Part shown: positions 39,053 through 48,258 of the stretch, piece by piece
Layout of the letters: each line of letters starts with the position of its first letter
How positions within the stretch are numbered: position 1 is the stretch's first letter
Origin: Halanaerobiales bacterium
GTDB taxonomy: Bacteria; Bacillota; Halanaerobiia; Halanaerobiales; M55B127
Direction: 5' to 3'
DNA length: 52,315 nucleotides
NCBI GenBank assembly: GCA_021736945.1
Contig: JAIPEX010000003.1
Location: 1 to 52,315, forward strand
Program-made: the position numbers and the translations under genes
The notes under the pieces: generated by a model
Told to the model about the DNA's origin: nothing
What the model saw: only the letters and a program-made list of their open reading frames with translations
Databases searched by the model: none

Positions 39053-40957
39053 ATGTCCCAGAAAAATTTTATTATAGGAACTGCTGGACATATCGATCAT
39101 GGTAAAACCACACTTATCGAAGCTCTTAGTGGGACAGATACCGACCGATTATCCGAAGAAAAAGAAAGAGGAATCTCTATAGATTTAGGCTTTACAGATC
39201 TTAAATTAAACGATGATTATACATTAGGTATTGTTGATGTTCCTGGTCATGAAAAGTTTATTAAAAATATGTTAGCAGGTGCTGGGGGAGTTGATATTGC
39301 TCTACTTGTAGTAGCTGCTGATGAAGGTGTTATGCCCCAAACTAGAGAACATCTAGATATTTTGAGTTTGTTGAATGTTAAAAGGGGTATTACTGTAGTA
39401 ACTAAAACTGATCGGGTAGAACAAGAATGGTTAGAATTGATGATTGAAGAGATTAGAGAAGAGCTTTCAAATACATTTCTTAAAGATGAGCCTATACTAC
39501 CTGTTTCTGCGCTTGAAAATACTGGCTTAGATGATTTGAAAGAAACGATAATAACTACGATAGAGAGTATGCAAGAAAAAGAGATTACTGGTAATGTATA
39601 TTTTCCTATCGACAGAGTTTTTACAATTAAAGGCCATGGTACTATAGTGACTGGTACATTGGTAAGTGGAAAAATTGAAAAAGAAGATAATTTAACGATA
39701 TATCCTTCTCAAAAAGAAGCAAGAGTTAGAAGTCTAGAGGTACATAATGAAGATGCCGAAACAGCTTATCCAGGCCAAAGAGTAGGAATAAATTTATCAG
39801 GTGTAGATAAAGATGAAATTGATAGAGGAGATGTATTAGCTACTTCCGAGAGCTTAATTAACACAAAATTTTTGGATGGTAGATTAACTGTCTTAAAAAA
39901 TGCTCCTTTAATAGTTGAACACGGTGATCGGATAAGGTTTCATATTGGTGCCAAGGAAGTTATTGGAAGAGTTTATCTTTTAGATAAAGAAGAACTTTTA
40001 CCTGGCGAGAGTGGATTGGTTCAATATAGGTTAGAGGAAGAAGTTGTAGCTCGTTATAATGAGAATTATGTTATTAGGCGATATTCTCCAATGACTACCA
40101 TTGGAGGAGGCAATATTTTAGATACTCATCCTCATCGCAGAAAACGTTTTGATGAAAAAGCAATTGAAGAATTAAAGAAAAAAGAAAAATTAGATGATAA
40201 AGAGCGAATAGAATTTATAATAAAATTAAACAAAAAAGAAACAATAAACACTAAATTTTTAATAAAAAAGAGCAGCTTGCGAGAAGATAAAATAAATGAG
40301 ACTTTAAATAAATTATATTCTGAAGAAAAAGTCAAATATTTTGATAAAGGGACCAATACGACATGGATTCATAATAAAAATTATGTAAAACTGAAAAAAG
40401 AGATTATTAATAAGTTAGAAAAATTCCATAACGAAAACAGACTTAAGATAGGAATCTCGAAAGAAGAGTTAAGAACAAAAGTAAGCATAGATTTGGATAA
40501 TATTGAATTTAATCAATTACTTAATGAATTAGAAAATGAAGAAAAAGTTGATATTAAAGGTTCGTTTGTAAAGCTATTTAATCATAAAATTAAGCTTAAT
40601 GAAAAAGAAAAAGAAATTAAAAAAGAAATATTAGAGGAATTTGAAAAAAATATATTTATGCCGCCTCAAGTGGACGAAATTATTGAAAAAAATACAAAAA
40701 AGGAAGAAGTGTTTAATTATTTAATAGAAGAACGAATAATTATTCATATTAAAGAAGATTTATTTTTCCTTGCTTCAGCAGTAAAAAAAGCAAAAAAATT
40801 ACTAATAGATTACTTGGAGAAAAATCAAGAAATTACTTTAGCTGAATATAGAGATTTATTGGATAGTAGTAGAAAATATACCTTAGCTTTACTTGAATAT
40901 TTTGATCAAAATAATATTACAAAGAGAACCGGAGAAAAAAGAATTTTGGTAAATTAA
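39053..40957 (+). CDS. selB: Selenocysteine-specific elongation factor
   Basis: GTAGHIDHGKT, DVPGHE, TKTD; C-terminal winged helix SRKYTLALLEYFD. Confidence 0.97.
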   Translation: MSQKNFIIGTAGHIDHGKTTLIEALSGTDTDRLSEEKERGISIDLGFTDLKLNDDYTLGIVDVPGHEKFIKNMLAGAGGVDIALLVVAADEGVMPQTREHLDILSLLNVKRGITVVTKTDRVEQEWLELMIEEIREELSNTFLKDEPILPVSALENTGLDDLKETIITTIESMQEKEITGNVYFPIDRVFTIKGHGTIVTGTLVSGKIEKEDNLTIYPSQKEARVRSLEVHNEDAETAYPGQRVGINLSGVDKDEIDRGDVLATSESLINTKFLDGRLTVLKNAPLIVEHGDRIRFHIGAKEVIGRVYLLDKEELLPGESGLVQYRLEEEVVARYNENYVIRRYSPMTTIGGGNILDTHPHRRKRFDEKAIEELKKKEKLDDKERIEFIIKLNKKETINTKFLIKKSSLREDKINETLNKLYSEEKVKYFDKGTNTTWIHNKNYVKLKKEIINKLEKFHNENRLKIGISKEELRTKVSIDLDNIEFNQLLNELENEEKVDIKGSFVKLFNHKIKLNEKEKEIKKEILEEFEKNIFMPPQVDEIIEKNTKKEEVFNYLIEERIIIHIKEDLFFLASAVKKAKKLLIDYLEKNQEITLAEYRDLLDSSRKYTLALLEYFDQNNITKRTGEKRILVN

Positions 40958-40986
40958 TTTACATCTAACAATAAATAATGTATAAT
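40958..40986 (+). promoter_or_regulatory. Promoter of selC
   Basis: TTTACA-17-TATAAT just upstream of the tRNA. Confidence 0.7.
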
Positions 40987-41004
40987 AATCTTTGTGAAAA
41001 ACAA

Positions 41005-41103
41005 GGGAGCGGCTGTGTCCATGGTGGACACCTTGGACTTCAAATCCAATGGGAGGTCGGCAGACCGGCCTTTGGTGGGTTCGATTCCCACACGTTCCCG
41101 CCA
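41005..41103 (+). tRNA. selC: tRNA-Sec (anticodon UCA)
   Basis: Anticodon arm TTGGA-CTTCAAA-TCCAA, 6-bp D stem, long variable arm, T arm GTGGG-TTCGATT-CCCAC, 3' GCCA; follows selB. Confidence 0.97.
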
Positions 41104-41120
41104 CTATCATAACAAAGATT

Positions 41121-41149
41121 AAGCCCCTTTTTAATTAAGGGGCTTTTTT
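41121..41149 (+). terminator. Terminator after selC
   Basis: AAGCCCCTT/AAGGGGCTT followed by a T run. Confidence 0.85.
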
Positions 41150-41294
41150 ATATGTAATGTAACTTTTATTTATTTGTCGCCATTTTTAGAAATGTTATTT
41201 GCTGCTTTATTTTTCATTTTCTTTTTATCATGAGAAGAGGAACAAGAGCTTTCATCAATTAGTTAGTTTTTTATTTAAATGGATGTATTATTTA

Positions 41295-41816
41295 TTAATT
41301 AGTTTCCTCTCGTATTTTCTTAATAGCCTCAGCTGAGCCTTCTAGTGTAAATTCAAAATACACTTTATCTTCTCCATACCAATCTATTTCTATAAGCACT
41401 TTGTTATTTTGCATAATTTTATTTATTGCTTTTTTATCCTCTACAAAATGGACAAAATCTGAACCCCATTCTTGAGTGAAGTCCATATTAGTAATATCAT
41501 CATTCCATTTTACTCTAGTAGTAAATGTGCTATATCCATCATTTGTTGGAGTTGTGTTTTTGATATTAGGTTGTTTGGTAAAACCAATATAAACCCATTC
41601 ATTATCCCCGTCAGTCCCGACCCCTAACCACGCTTGAGTATCACTATAGGGAAAGCCCATAGGGTTATTAGTGGTAGTATCAGGAGAATAAGCAAACCAT
41701 TTTTCCTCATTAGTCATTTCATCTTTACTAGATGAAGTCGACCATTCATCTGCAATGGCTAATGTAGAAAAACTTATTAAAAATATCAATATAATTACAG
41801 AAATTTTTTTAAACAT
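41295..41816 (-). CDS. Secreted hypothetical protein
   Basis: Signal peptide ending AIA; RBS AAGGGTGA; no recognised family. Confidence 0.75.
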   Translation of the reverse strand: MFKKISVIILIFLISFSTLAIADEWSTSSSKDEMTNEEKWFAYSPDTTTNNPMGFPYSDTQAWLGVGTDGDNEWVYIGFTKQPNIKNTTPTNDGYSTFTTRVKWNDDITNMDFTQEWGSDFVHFVEDKKAINKIMQNNKVLIEIDWYGEDKVYFEFTLEGSAEAIKKIREETN

Positions 41817-42053
41817 AATATCACCCTTTTGGTTTTATTTTAATATTGAATAAAACTAAAATTTCACCTTTTTTATATTTAACAACTTTTTACGTATCCA
41901 TATAGTTGTAAATTAATGATTTATGGTTATGATTTTATAGATTTAAAAAAGGTAATAACATAGTTTTATATAATTATAAAAATAATGAATAGTTATGAAT
42001 AATAATTTTCAATCAACCCACTATTAAATAAGGTCAAAAAATATTGATGGGGG

Positions 42054-42746
42054 ATGATTTATATTTATTTTAAAAAGAGTTTAATCTTAATAATATTTAT
42101 AAGTTTATTAGTAGTCTTTAGTTCTGGTTTTGTTGGGGCCCAAAATAATAATGAAGTATTTGAGAATCTTAAATTGCCTTCTGATGTAGAAGGTTTAGTC
42201 AAAAGCTTTAGTTATATGAATTATGATTTGGTTGTGCTAAGAAATGGTGAGAAAGTTCAAGATTCAACTATAGAATATGATTATTTAGGTAAAGAAGATA
42301 TTAAAAATGTAGAGACAGATAAGGTGTCTTTCAATATGTCGGATAGTTTAAATAATGATATGCCTACTAATATGTTGTTTTGGTTTGATGGGACTGATAT
42401 TAAGAAAATGGAAATAGATGGTGAAGAAATTTCAGCTCAAATGGCTGGAGTTATGGGAGATAGATTATTAAGTGCTATTTTTTCTCCCTTTTATAGTTTG
42501 TCAGAATATAATTTAGAGGAACTAAAAAAGATTGGAAAAGTCACTCAATCCCAAGAAATGTTTGGTGGAGAAAATATTGATGTGACCACAATAGAAGTTA
42601 ATAATATCCCAGAATATGAAATTGAAACTGGAACTGTAAAATTAGGTAAATATAATGAGATGTCTTTTGTAATTAGATATGAATATGTATCTTCTACAGA
42701 AGATTTAAAAGTGACTTTTGATGTAAATAATATAGAGTTTCATTAA
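42054..42746 (+). CDS. Secreted hypothetical protein
   Basis: Signal peptide ending VGA; acidic body; exact start uncertain. Confidence 0.72.
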   Translation: MIYIYFKKSLILIIFISLLVVFSSGFVGAQNNNEVFENLKLPSDVEGLVKSFSYMNYDLVVLRNGEKVQDSTIEYDYLGKEDIKNVETDKVSFNMSDSLNNDMPTNMLFWFDGTDIKKMEIDGEEISAQMAGVMGDRLLSAIFSPFYSLSEYNLEELKKIGKVTQSQEMFGGENIDVTTIEVNNIPEYEIETGTVKLGKYNEMSFVIRYEYVSSTEDLKVTFDVNNIEFH

Positions 42747-42902
42747 TAATATAAAAGCATTAAATAATGATAAATATTTTAAAAATATTTATAGATTAAT
42801 GATTTACTACACTCACCCAATCACTCTTATGGGTGAGTTTTGTATTTAAAGCATATATTTTAAATTTTCAAGGGAAAAATTTTTAATAAAGGTGGTATGA
42901 GT

Positions 42903-44528
42903 ATGTTTAAAAATTATAAAAATATTTTTATTGGCATTTTGATTATTCTGCTGGTATGTGTTTTTTCTTTTACAATTTATGCTTTTCCAGAAAAGGCTGA
43001 GACACAAGATGTACCGAATAGTAATGATCATCCATTAATTTCTCGTTTTGATGGTTCATATATAAGATTTTTTAAACATAAAAATTATGATAAATTTATT
43101 TTTCCATTCAGTAATTTAAAAGAACCTGAAGATAGTGAGGATATCCTTGTTAATGACAAAAGAGTTGAAGGTGAAGTTTATAACTACTTTTATGTTATTC
43201 CTGATGATCATTCAGTATTAGAGGTATTTAAGAATTATGAAATGGCCTTAAAGAAGGCTGGATTTCAAACAATACGTAAACAAGAGAAAGATATTAGTTA
43301 CAGTCTTTCTAGTGAATTATATTCTAAGATTAACTGGCAGTCCTGCCCGGGTAACCGCTTTAACGGAGTAGGTGCAAAAACTGATACAGGTGATCAATCA
43401 TATTTAGCAGCTAAACTAGAACGTCCTGAAGGAGATGTGTATATTTCTCTTTATGTAGCTGACCATGGTATTGATGGAGGTAGTTGGGGAGAACAGCGAC
43501 CTGCAGTTTACCAAGTAGTAATTGAAGAAAAAGAAATGGAAACCGGACTTGTGACTGCAAATGCTGAATTTGATCGAAAAGATAAAGAAGATAAAAAAAC
43601 TATATTCCCTGCTAAAGCAAAAACAAAAGATGTTCCAAATAGTAGTGACCACCCAATAATCTCTAGATATAAAGATTCATATTTAAGGTATTATGAACAT
43701 ATTAATTATGGTGAATTCACGTTACCTTTTAGTGAATTGGATGATAGTGAAGAAAATATGAAAGTTGAAGGAGAGATCACTAAAAACTTCTATGTAATAC
43801 CTGATGGGACTTCAGTCTTAAAGGTATTTAGAAATTATGAAATGGCCTTAAATAACGCTGGTTTTGAGACAATTCGAAAGCAAAAGCGAGATATTAGTTA
43901 TAGTCTTTCTAGTGAATTATATTCTAAGATTAACTGGGAGGCCTGTCCAGGTAACCGTTTTAATGGAGTAGGTGCAAAAACTGATACAGGTGATCAATCA
44001 TATTTAGCAGCCAAACTAGAACGTCCTGAAGGAGATGTGTATCTTTCTCTTTATGTAGCTGACCATGGTATTGATGGAGGTAGTTGGGGAGAACAGCGAC
44101 CTGCAGTTTACCAAGTAGTAGTTGAAGAAAAAGAAATGGAAACTGGACTTGTAACTGCCGGTAGTATAATACAGGATATTGAAAGTACAGGGAAGGTTAG
44201 TATCTATGGAGTATATTTTGACACAGATAGTGCTGAAATTAAATCTGAATCGGAACCCACAGTAAAAGAAATTGCTAAAGTACTTAATGATAATCCAGAT
44301 TTGAGTATCTATATTGTAGGCCATACAGATAGTACTGGAGAATTTGATTATAATATGGACCTTTCTGAAAGAAGAGCAGAAACATTAGTGGATAAACTTG
44401 TTGAAGAATACAATATTAATAGGAATCGTCTTGAACCGGCTGGAGTAGGTCCTTTAGCACCTAAAGCTAGTAATGAGACTGAAGATGGAAGAGCAAAAAA
44501 CCGTAGAGTTGAATTAGTAAAAATGTAA
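42903..44528 (+). CDS. OmpA-family protein with two tandem N-terminal domains (DUF4892-like)
   Basis: Signal peptide; two repeats starting DHP(L/I)ISR; C-terminal OmpA domain VGHTD...NMDLSERRA...GRAKNRRVE. Confidence 0.88.
   Translation: MFKNYKNIFIGILIILLVCVFSFTIYAFPEKAETQDVPNSNDHPLISRFDGSYIRFFKHKNYDKFIFPFSNLKEPEDSEDILVNDKRVEGEVYNYFYVIPDDHSVLEVFKNYEMALKKAGFQTIRKQEKDISYSLSSELYSKINWQSCPGNRFNGVGAKTDTGDQSYLAAKLERPEGDVYISLYVADHGIDGGSWGEQRPAVYQVVIEEKEMETGLVTANAEFDRKDKEDKKTIFPAKAKTKDVPNSSDHPIISRYKDSYLRYYEHINYGEFTLPFSELDDSEENMKVEGEITKNFYVIPDGTSVLKVFRNYEMALNNAGFETIRKQKRDISYSLSSELYSKINWEACPGNRFNGVGAKTDTGDQSYLAAKLERPEGDVYLSLYVADHGIDGGSWGEQRPAVYQVVVEEKEMETGLVTAGSIIQDIESTGKVSIYGVYFDTDSAEIKSESEPTVKEIAKVLNDNPDLSIYIVGHTDSTGEFDYNMDLSERRAETLVDKLVEEYNINRNRLEPAGVGPLAPKASNETEDGRAKNRRVELVKM
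43289..44158 (+). repeat. Intragenic direct repeat: 43289-43558 versus 43889-44158 (600-nt period)
   Basis: About 12 differences in 270 nt by manual alignment. Confidence 0.9.
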
Positions 44529-44552
44529 AAATTATAATATTAATAAATTTTA

Positions 44553-44590
44553 AGGGGTTCTGTGTGAAAGCAGAATCCCTAAGTTTTTTT
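44553..44590 (+). terminator. Rho-independent terminator
   Basis: AGGGGTTCTG/CAGAATCCCT followed by a T run. Confidence 0.75.
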
Positions 44591-44696
44591 AATTACTGTT
44601 ATTAAGTTTAACAAAGTTGTAGTTATATTTGACTTTTAATTTTTTTTAAGGTAATATATGTGTGTAATCGAATTTAATCATATGGAAGGTGAGTTT

Positions 44697-45044
44697 ATGG
44701 ATTTAATAAAAATAATCAAAGCTTTATCACATCAAAACCGTTTACGTATCTTAAATTTAATTAAACAACAAGACCTATGTGTATGTGAATTAGAATATAT
44801 TATGGATGTTAATCAATCTAATGCTTCAAGACATTTAACTAAGCTCAAAGAAGCCGAGATTATTTACGGGAAAAGAAAAGCTCAGTGGGTTTATTATCAA
44901 ATTAATAAGAGGCTATTAGATAAACATAAGTTTTTAAAGGAAATTATTGATAACGAATTGAAAAATATTGAATTAGTTAATGAGGATAATAAAAAATTAA
45001 AAAAATATATAAATAGTAATTTATCGTGTGAAGATTTAACATAA
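44697..45044 (+). CDS. arsR: ArsR/SmtB-family repressor
   Basis: DLCVCEL alpha3 metal site; SNASRHL HTH; upstream of acr3. Confidence 0.88.
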   Translation: MDLIKIIKALSHQNRLRILNLIKQQDLCVCELEYIMDVNQSNASRHLTKLKEAEIIYGKRKAQWVYYQINKRLLDKHKFLKEIIDNELKNIELVNEDNKKLKKYINSNLSCEDLT

Positions 45045-45071
45045 ATATTACAAGATATGGAGGGTTATATA

Positions 45072-46142
45072 GTGGCACAAGAAGAAATCAAAGTGGAAGA
45101 CAAGACAAAAGAAATTGGTTTTTTTGAGAAATATTTAACTGTATGGGTTGGAATTTGTATTGTTGCTGGTGTTGTTATTGGTAGGCTATGGCCGGCCTTT
45201 CCTAATACTTTGAGTCAGTGGGAATATGCGCAAGTTTCAATTCCTGTTGCTGTATTAATTTGGTTTATGATTTATCCTATGATGGTTGAGATCGATTTTA
45301 GTAGTATTAAAGAAGCTGGTAAGAGGCCTAAGGGTTTAACAATAACATTAGTTACAAATTGGATTATTAAACCTTTTACTATGTTCTTTTTCTCTTGGTT
45401 GTTTTTAAGAGTAATTTTTCAACCGTTTATTTCTGATGCTTTAAGCCAACAATATGTAGCAGGAGCAATATTATTAGGTGCTGCCCCCTGTACTGCGATG
45501 GTTTTTGTGTGGAGTTATTTAACTGATGGAGATTCTGCTTACACTCTTATACAGGTTTCTATTAATGATGTTGTATTAGTTTTTGCATATGCACCTCTCG
45601 TAATGTTTTTATTGGGTTTAGGTCAGTTAAGCGTTCCTTGGAATACCGTGTTACTTTCTGTAATTTTATATGTAGTGGTTCCCTTGACCATGGGATATAT
45701 TTCTAGAAAATATATCTTAAAGAAAAAAGGTAAAGATTGGCTTGAAAATGTATTTTTAAAAAAATTGGATAATGTTACTATAATAGGCTTATTATTAACC
45801 TTAATTATATTATTTTCATTTCAAGGAGATGTGATTGTAAATAATCCATTCCATATAGTTCTAATTGCTATACCTTTAATCATTCAGACCTTCTTTATCT
45901 TTACGATTGCCTATGGTTGGGCAAAAATGTGGAAGGTAGAACATTCAGTAGCAGCTCCGGCTGCAATGATTGGAGCGAGTAACTTTTTTGAATTAGCAGT
46001 TGCTACCGCAATTTCCGTTTTTGGTATAAGTTCTGGAGCTGCATTAGCTACAGTTGTCGGTGTATTAGTAGAAGTACCTGTTATGTTAGGCTTAGTTGCT
46101 ATTGCTAATAGAACAAAACATTGGTTTCCAGAAAAAGTTTGA
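45072..46142 (+). CDS. acr3: ACR3-family arsenite efflux transporter
   Basis: FFEKYLTVWV, GAAPCTAMVFVWS, GASNFFELAVA, GVLVEVPVML; GTG 45072 after GGAGGG. Confidence 0.93.
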   Translation: MAQEEIKVEDKTKEIGFFEKYLTVWVGICIVAGVVIGRLWPAFPNTLSQWEYAQVSIPVAVLIWFMIYPMMVEIDFSSIKEAGKRPKGLTITLVTNWIIKPFTMFFFSWLFLRVIFQPFISDALSQQYVAGAILLGAAPCTAMVFVWSYLTDGDSAYTLIQVSINDVVLVFAYAPLVMFLLGLGQLSVPWNTVLLSVILYVVVPLTMGYISRKYILKKKGKDWLENVFLKKLDNVTIIGLLLTLIILFSFQGDVIVNNPFHIVLIAIPLIIQTFFIFTIAYGWAKMWKVEHSVAAPAAMIGASNFFELAVATAISVFGISSGAALATVVGVLVEVPVMLGLVAIANRTKHWFPEKV

Positions 46143-46171
46143 TAAATAAATATAATATGTAAGTACTTAAT

Positions 46172-46209
46172 AACCGTTCTATAATTTGATTATTATAGAA
46201 CGGTTTTTT
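46172..46209 (+). terminator. Rho-independent terminator
   Basis: AACCGTTCTATAAT/ATTATAGAACGGTT followed by a T run. Confidence 0.85.
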
Positions 46210-46305
46210 CAATTATATAAAATTTAATAAAGGTATTGAACTTCGTGGTGTTTAAATTAATAATTAGGAAGATATTATTTAATTACAATTTTGGAGGTGG
46301 TATAT

Positions 46306-46818
46306 ATCAAACCATGGAGATGTCAAATTTGTGGAGAAACATATTTAGGAAGTGAAGCACCAGATCGTTGTCCATACTGTGGAGCAGAAGGGGAAAATGT
46401 AAAATCAGCTGCTTATTATCTAGAATATGGTAAAGTCGAAATGAGTGAACAGAGTCGTAAAGACTGTCTTGAAGCTTTAAGACTAGAACTTAACAATGAA
46501 AAGTTTTATGAAAAATGTGCTGAAGAAGCTGAAAACCAGATCTCTAGAGCAATTTTTAAACGACTCGGTAAACAAGAAGGTGAACATGCTGAAGTGTTTG
46601 AAGACATGTTAGGAGAGGAAATTGAACTAAAAGAAGAAGTGCAAATTCCTGATAATGATTACGATCGATTTACAGAAGCCCATGAACATGAAAAAATGGC
46701 AATTGACCTTTATTTAGCGGTTGCTAGAAGGGCTCCAGAAAAAAGAGTTAAAGATGTTTTTAGAGCAATATCAGATGTTGAAAATGAACATTTAATTATG
46801 TCTAATACATTTAAATAA
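46306..46818 (+). CDS. Rubredoxin-like + ferritin-like (reverse-rubrerythrin type) protein; start possibly ATC
   Basis: WRCQICG...CPYCG, then ExxH diiron motifs (EGEH, ENEH). The ORF track gives TTG 46291, but the RBS points to 46306. Confidence 0.82.
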   Translation: MKPWRCQICGETYLGSEAPDRCPYCGAEGENVKSAAYYLEYGKVEMSEQSRKDCLEALRLELNNEKFYEKCAEEAENQISRAIFKRLGKQEGEHAEVFEDMLGEEIELKEEVQIPDNDYDRFTEAHEHEKMAIDLYLAVARRAPEKRVKDVFRAISDVENEHLIMSNTFK

Positions 46819-46830
46819 GAACATATATAA

Positions 46831-46859
46831 TGGAGCACTATTGAAAGTGCTCCATTTTT
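46831..46859 (+). terminator. Rho-independent terminator
   Basis: TGGAGCACT/AGTGCTCCA followed by a T run. Confidence 0.8.
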
Positions 46860-47193
46860 GATTATTGTATTATAATAAGGGTCAACATTCTAACATATAC
46901 ATCATTAATCCATAAATTGTATCTATATGGTTTAGAGATACATTCTGAAATTGATATTATATAATTTATATGTTAATATTATATTAGTTAACGATAACTA
47001 ACATAATACATTTTATAATAAAAAGGATTAAAACCTAGAGGAACGCTAACTTATAAGATGGATTGATATCTTACTTTTCAATTAGTAATGTTGATTTTAA
47101 AGTGAATAATAGAATTAAAGATATTGGTTAAAAATTAATTTATTATTACAAGTACTTTAACAAATTATATAAAAAATTTTAGGAGGAAAAAAC

Positions 47194-47781
47194 ATGTCTA
47201 GGAAAAGTACAGCGGAAAGAAAAAAAGAAGTTTTAGATATAGCAAAAAAAATTATTTATGAAAAGGGTTTTTATAGATTAACAATTAGAAATATTTCGGA
47301 TAAAATGAATATTTCGGAAGCAGCTATTTATCGCCATTTTAAGGGTAAAGAGGATATTATTGATCAATTAACAGATTTAGTTTTTTCTGAAGGATGTTCT
47401 TTTAATATTGAGAGTACTAAAAATCCCGTTGAAGTACTAAAAAAATTTATTGATAAACAAATAGAGTTTTTTGAAAAGAATCCTTACTTATCCATTATTA
47501 GTTTTCAAGATGATATGTTTAGAGAATATCCAAAAATAAAGGAAAAATTTATACACCATCAAAAGAAAAGAGAAGATGAAATTATTAATTTAATTCAAAG
47601 AGGTATTGAAAAGAATTTAATTCAAAACAAAGTGAACCCAGAGGTTTTTGCTTCTTTATATATGGGGAGTATTAGACTTACTGTTTTAAAATGGAAAAAT
47701 AGCAATTTTAATTACTCATTAAGTGATAAATTACAAGAAATAAAAAGAGAATTATTCAAATATCTAGAAGGTGATTATTAA
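47194..47781 (+). CDS. TetR/AcrR-family regulator
   Basis: LTIRNISDKMNISEAAIYRHFKGK HTH. Confidence 0.92.
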   Translation: MSRKSTAERKKEVLDIAKKIIYEKGFYRLTIRNISDKMNISEAAIYRHFKGKEDIIDQLTDLVFSEGCSFNIESTKNPVEVLKKFIDKQIEFFEKNPYLSIISFQDDMFREYPKIKEKFIHHQKKREDEIINLIQRGIEKNLIQNKVNPEVFASLYMGSIRLTVLKWKNSNFNYSLSDKLQEIKRELFKYLEGDY

Positions 47782-48258
47782 ATGGTAGCCTGGATTATTA
47801 ATATAACTACTATTTCATTAGTTGTTTATACAATTATTAAAGATAAAGAGAAAGCAAAAAAGGCTTTTGTTAAAGCATTTGTTAAGTTTATTAATTTATT
47901 ACCAATGCTGGTTATTATAATTGTTTTGATTGGATTAATTTTTGGCTTTATTCCACCTGAATTAATCAAAAATTATCTCGGGTCCAATGATAATATCTTT
48001 CAGGTAATTGCAGCTGCTATTTTTGGAGCAATAACTTTAATTCCTAGTTTAGTAGCACTGCCTCTGGCGGGTTCATTACTAGAAGCTGGGGCCTCTCATA
48101 CTCCAATTGCAGCTTTTATTACTACATTAACAATGGTAGGGTTTGTTACTTTACCTATTGAATTGAAGGAATTAGGTAAAAAAATAACTATATTAAGAAA
48201 TATATTTGCTTTTGTATTTGCAATTGTAATTTCATTGATTATTGGGGTGTTGATGTAA
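47782..48258 (+). CDS. Predicted permease, DUF318/ArsP-like half (1)
   Basis: Hydrophobic; GAITLIP..VALPLA, AAFITTLTMVG. Confidence 0.75.
   Translation: MVAWIINITTISLVVYTIIKDKEKAKKAFVKAFVKFINLLPMLVIIIVLIGLIFGFIPPELIKNYLGSNDNIFQVIAAAIFGAITLIPSLVALPLAGSLLEAGASHTPIAAFITTLTMVGFVTLPIELKELGKKITILRNIFAFVFAIVISLIIGVLM

Noticed and set aside
40889-41110. 73-aa minus-strand ORF
   Set aside because: Antisense to tRNA-Sec and the end of selB.
43416-44324. Two similar minus-strand ORFs
   Set aside because: Shadows of the internal duplication in the OmpA gene.
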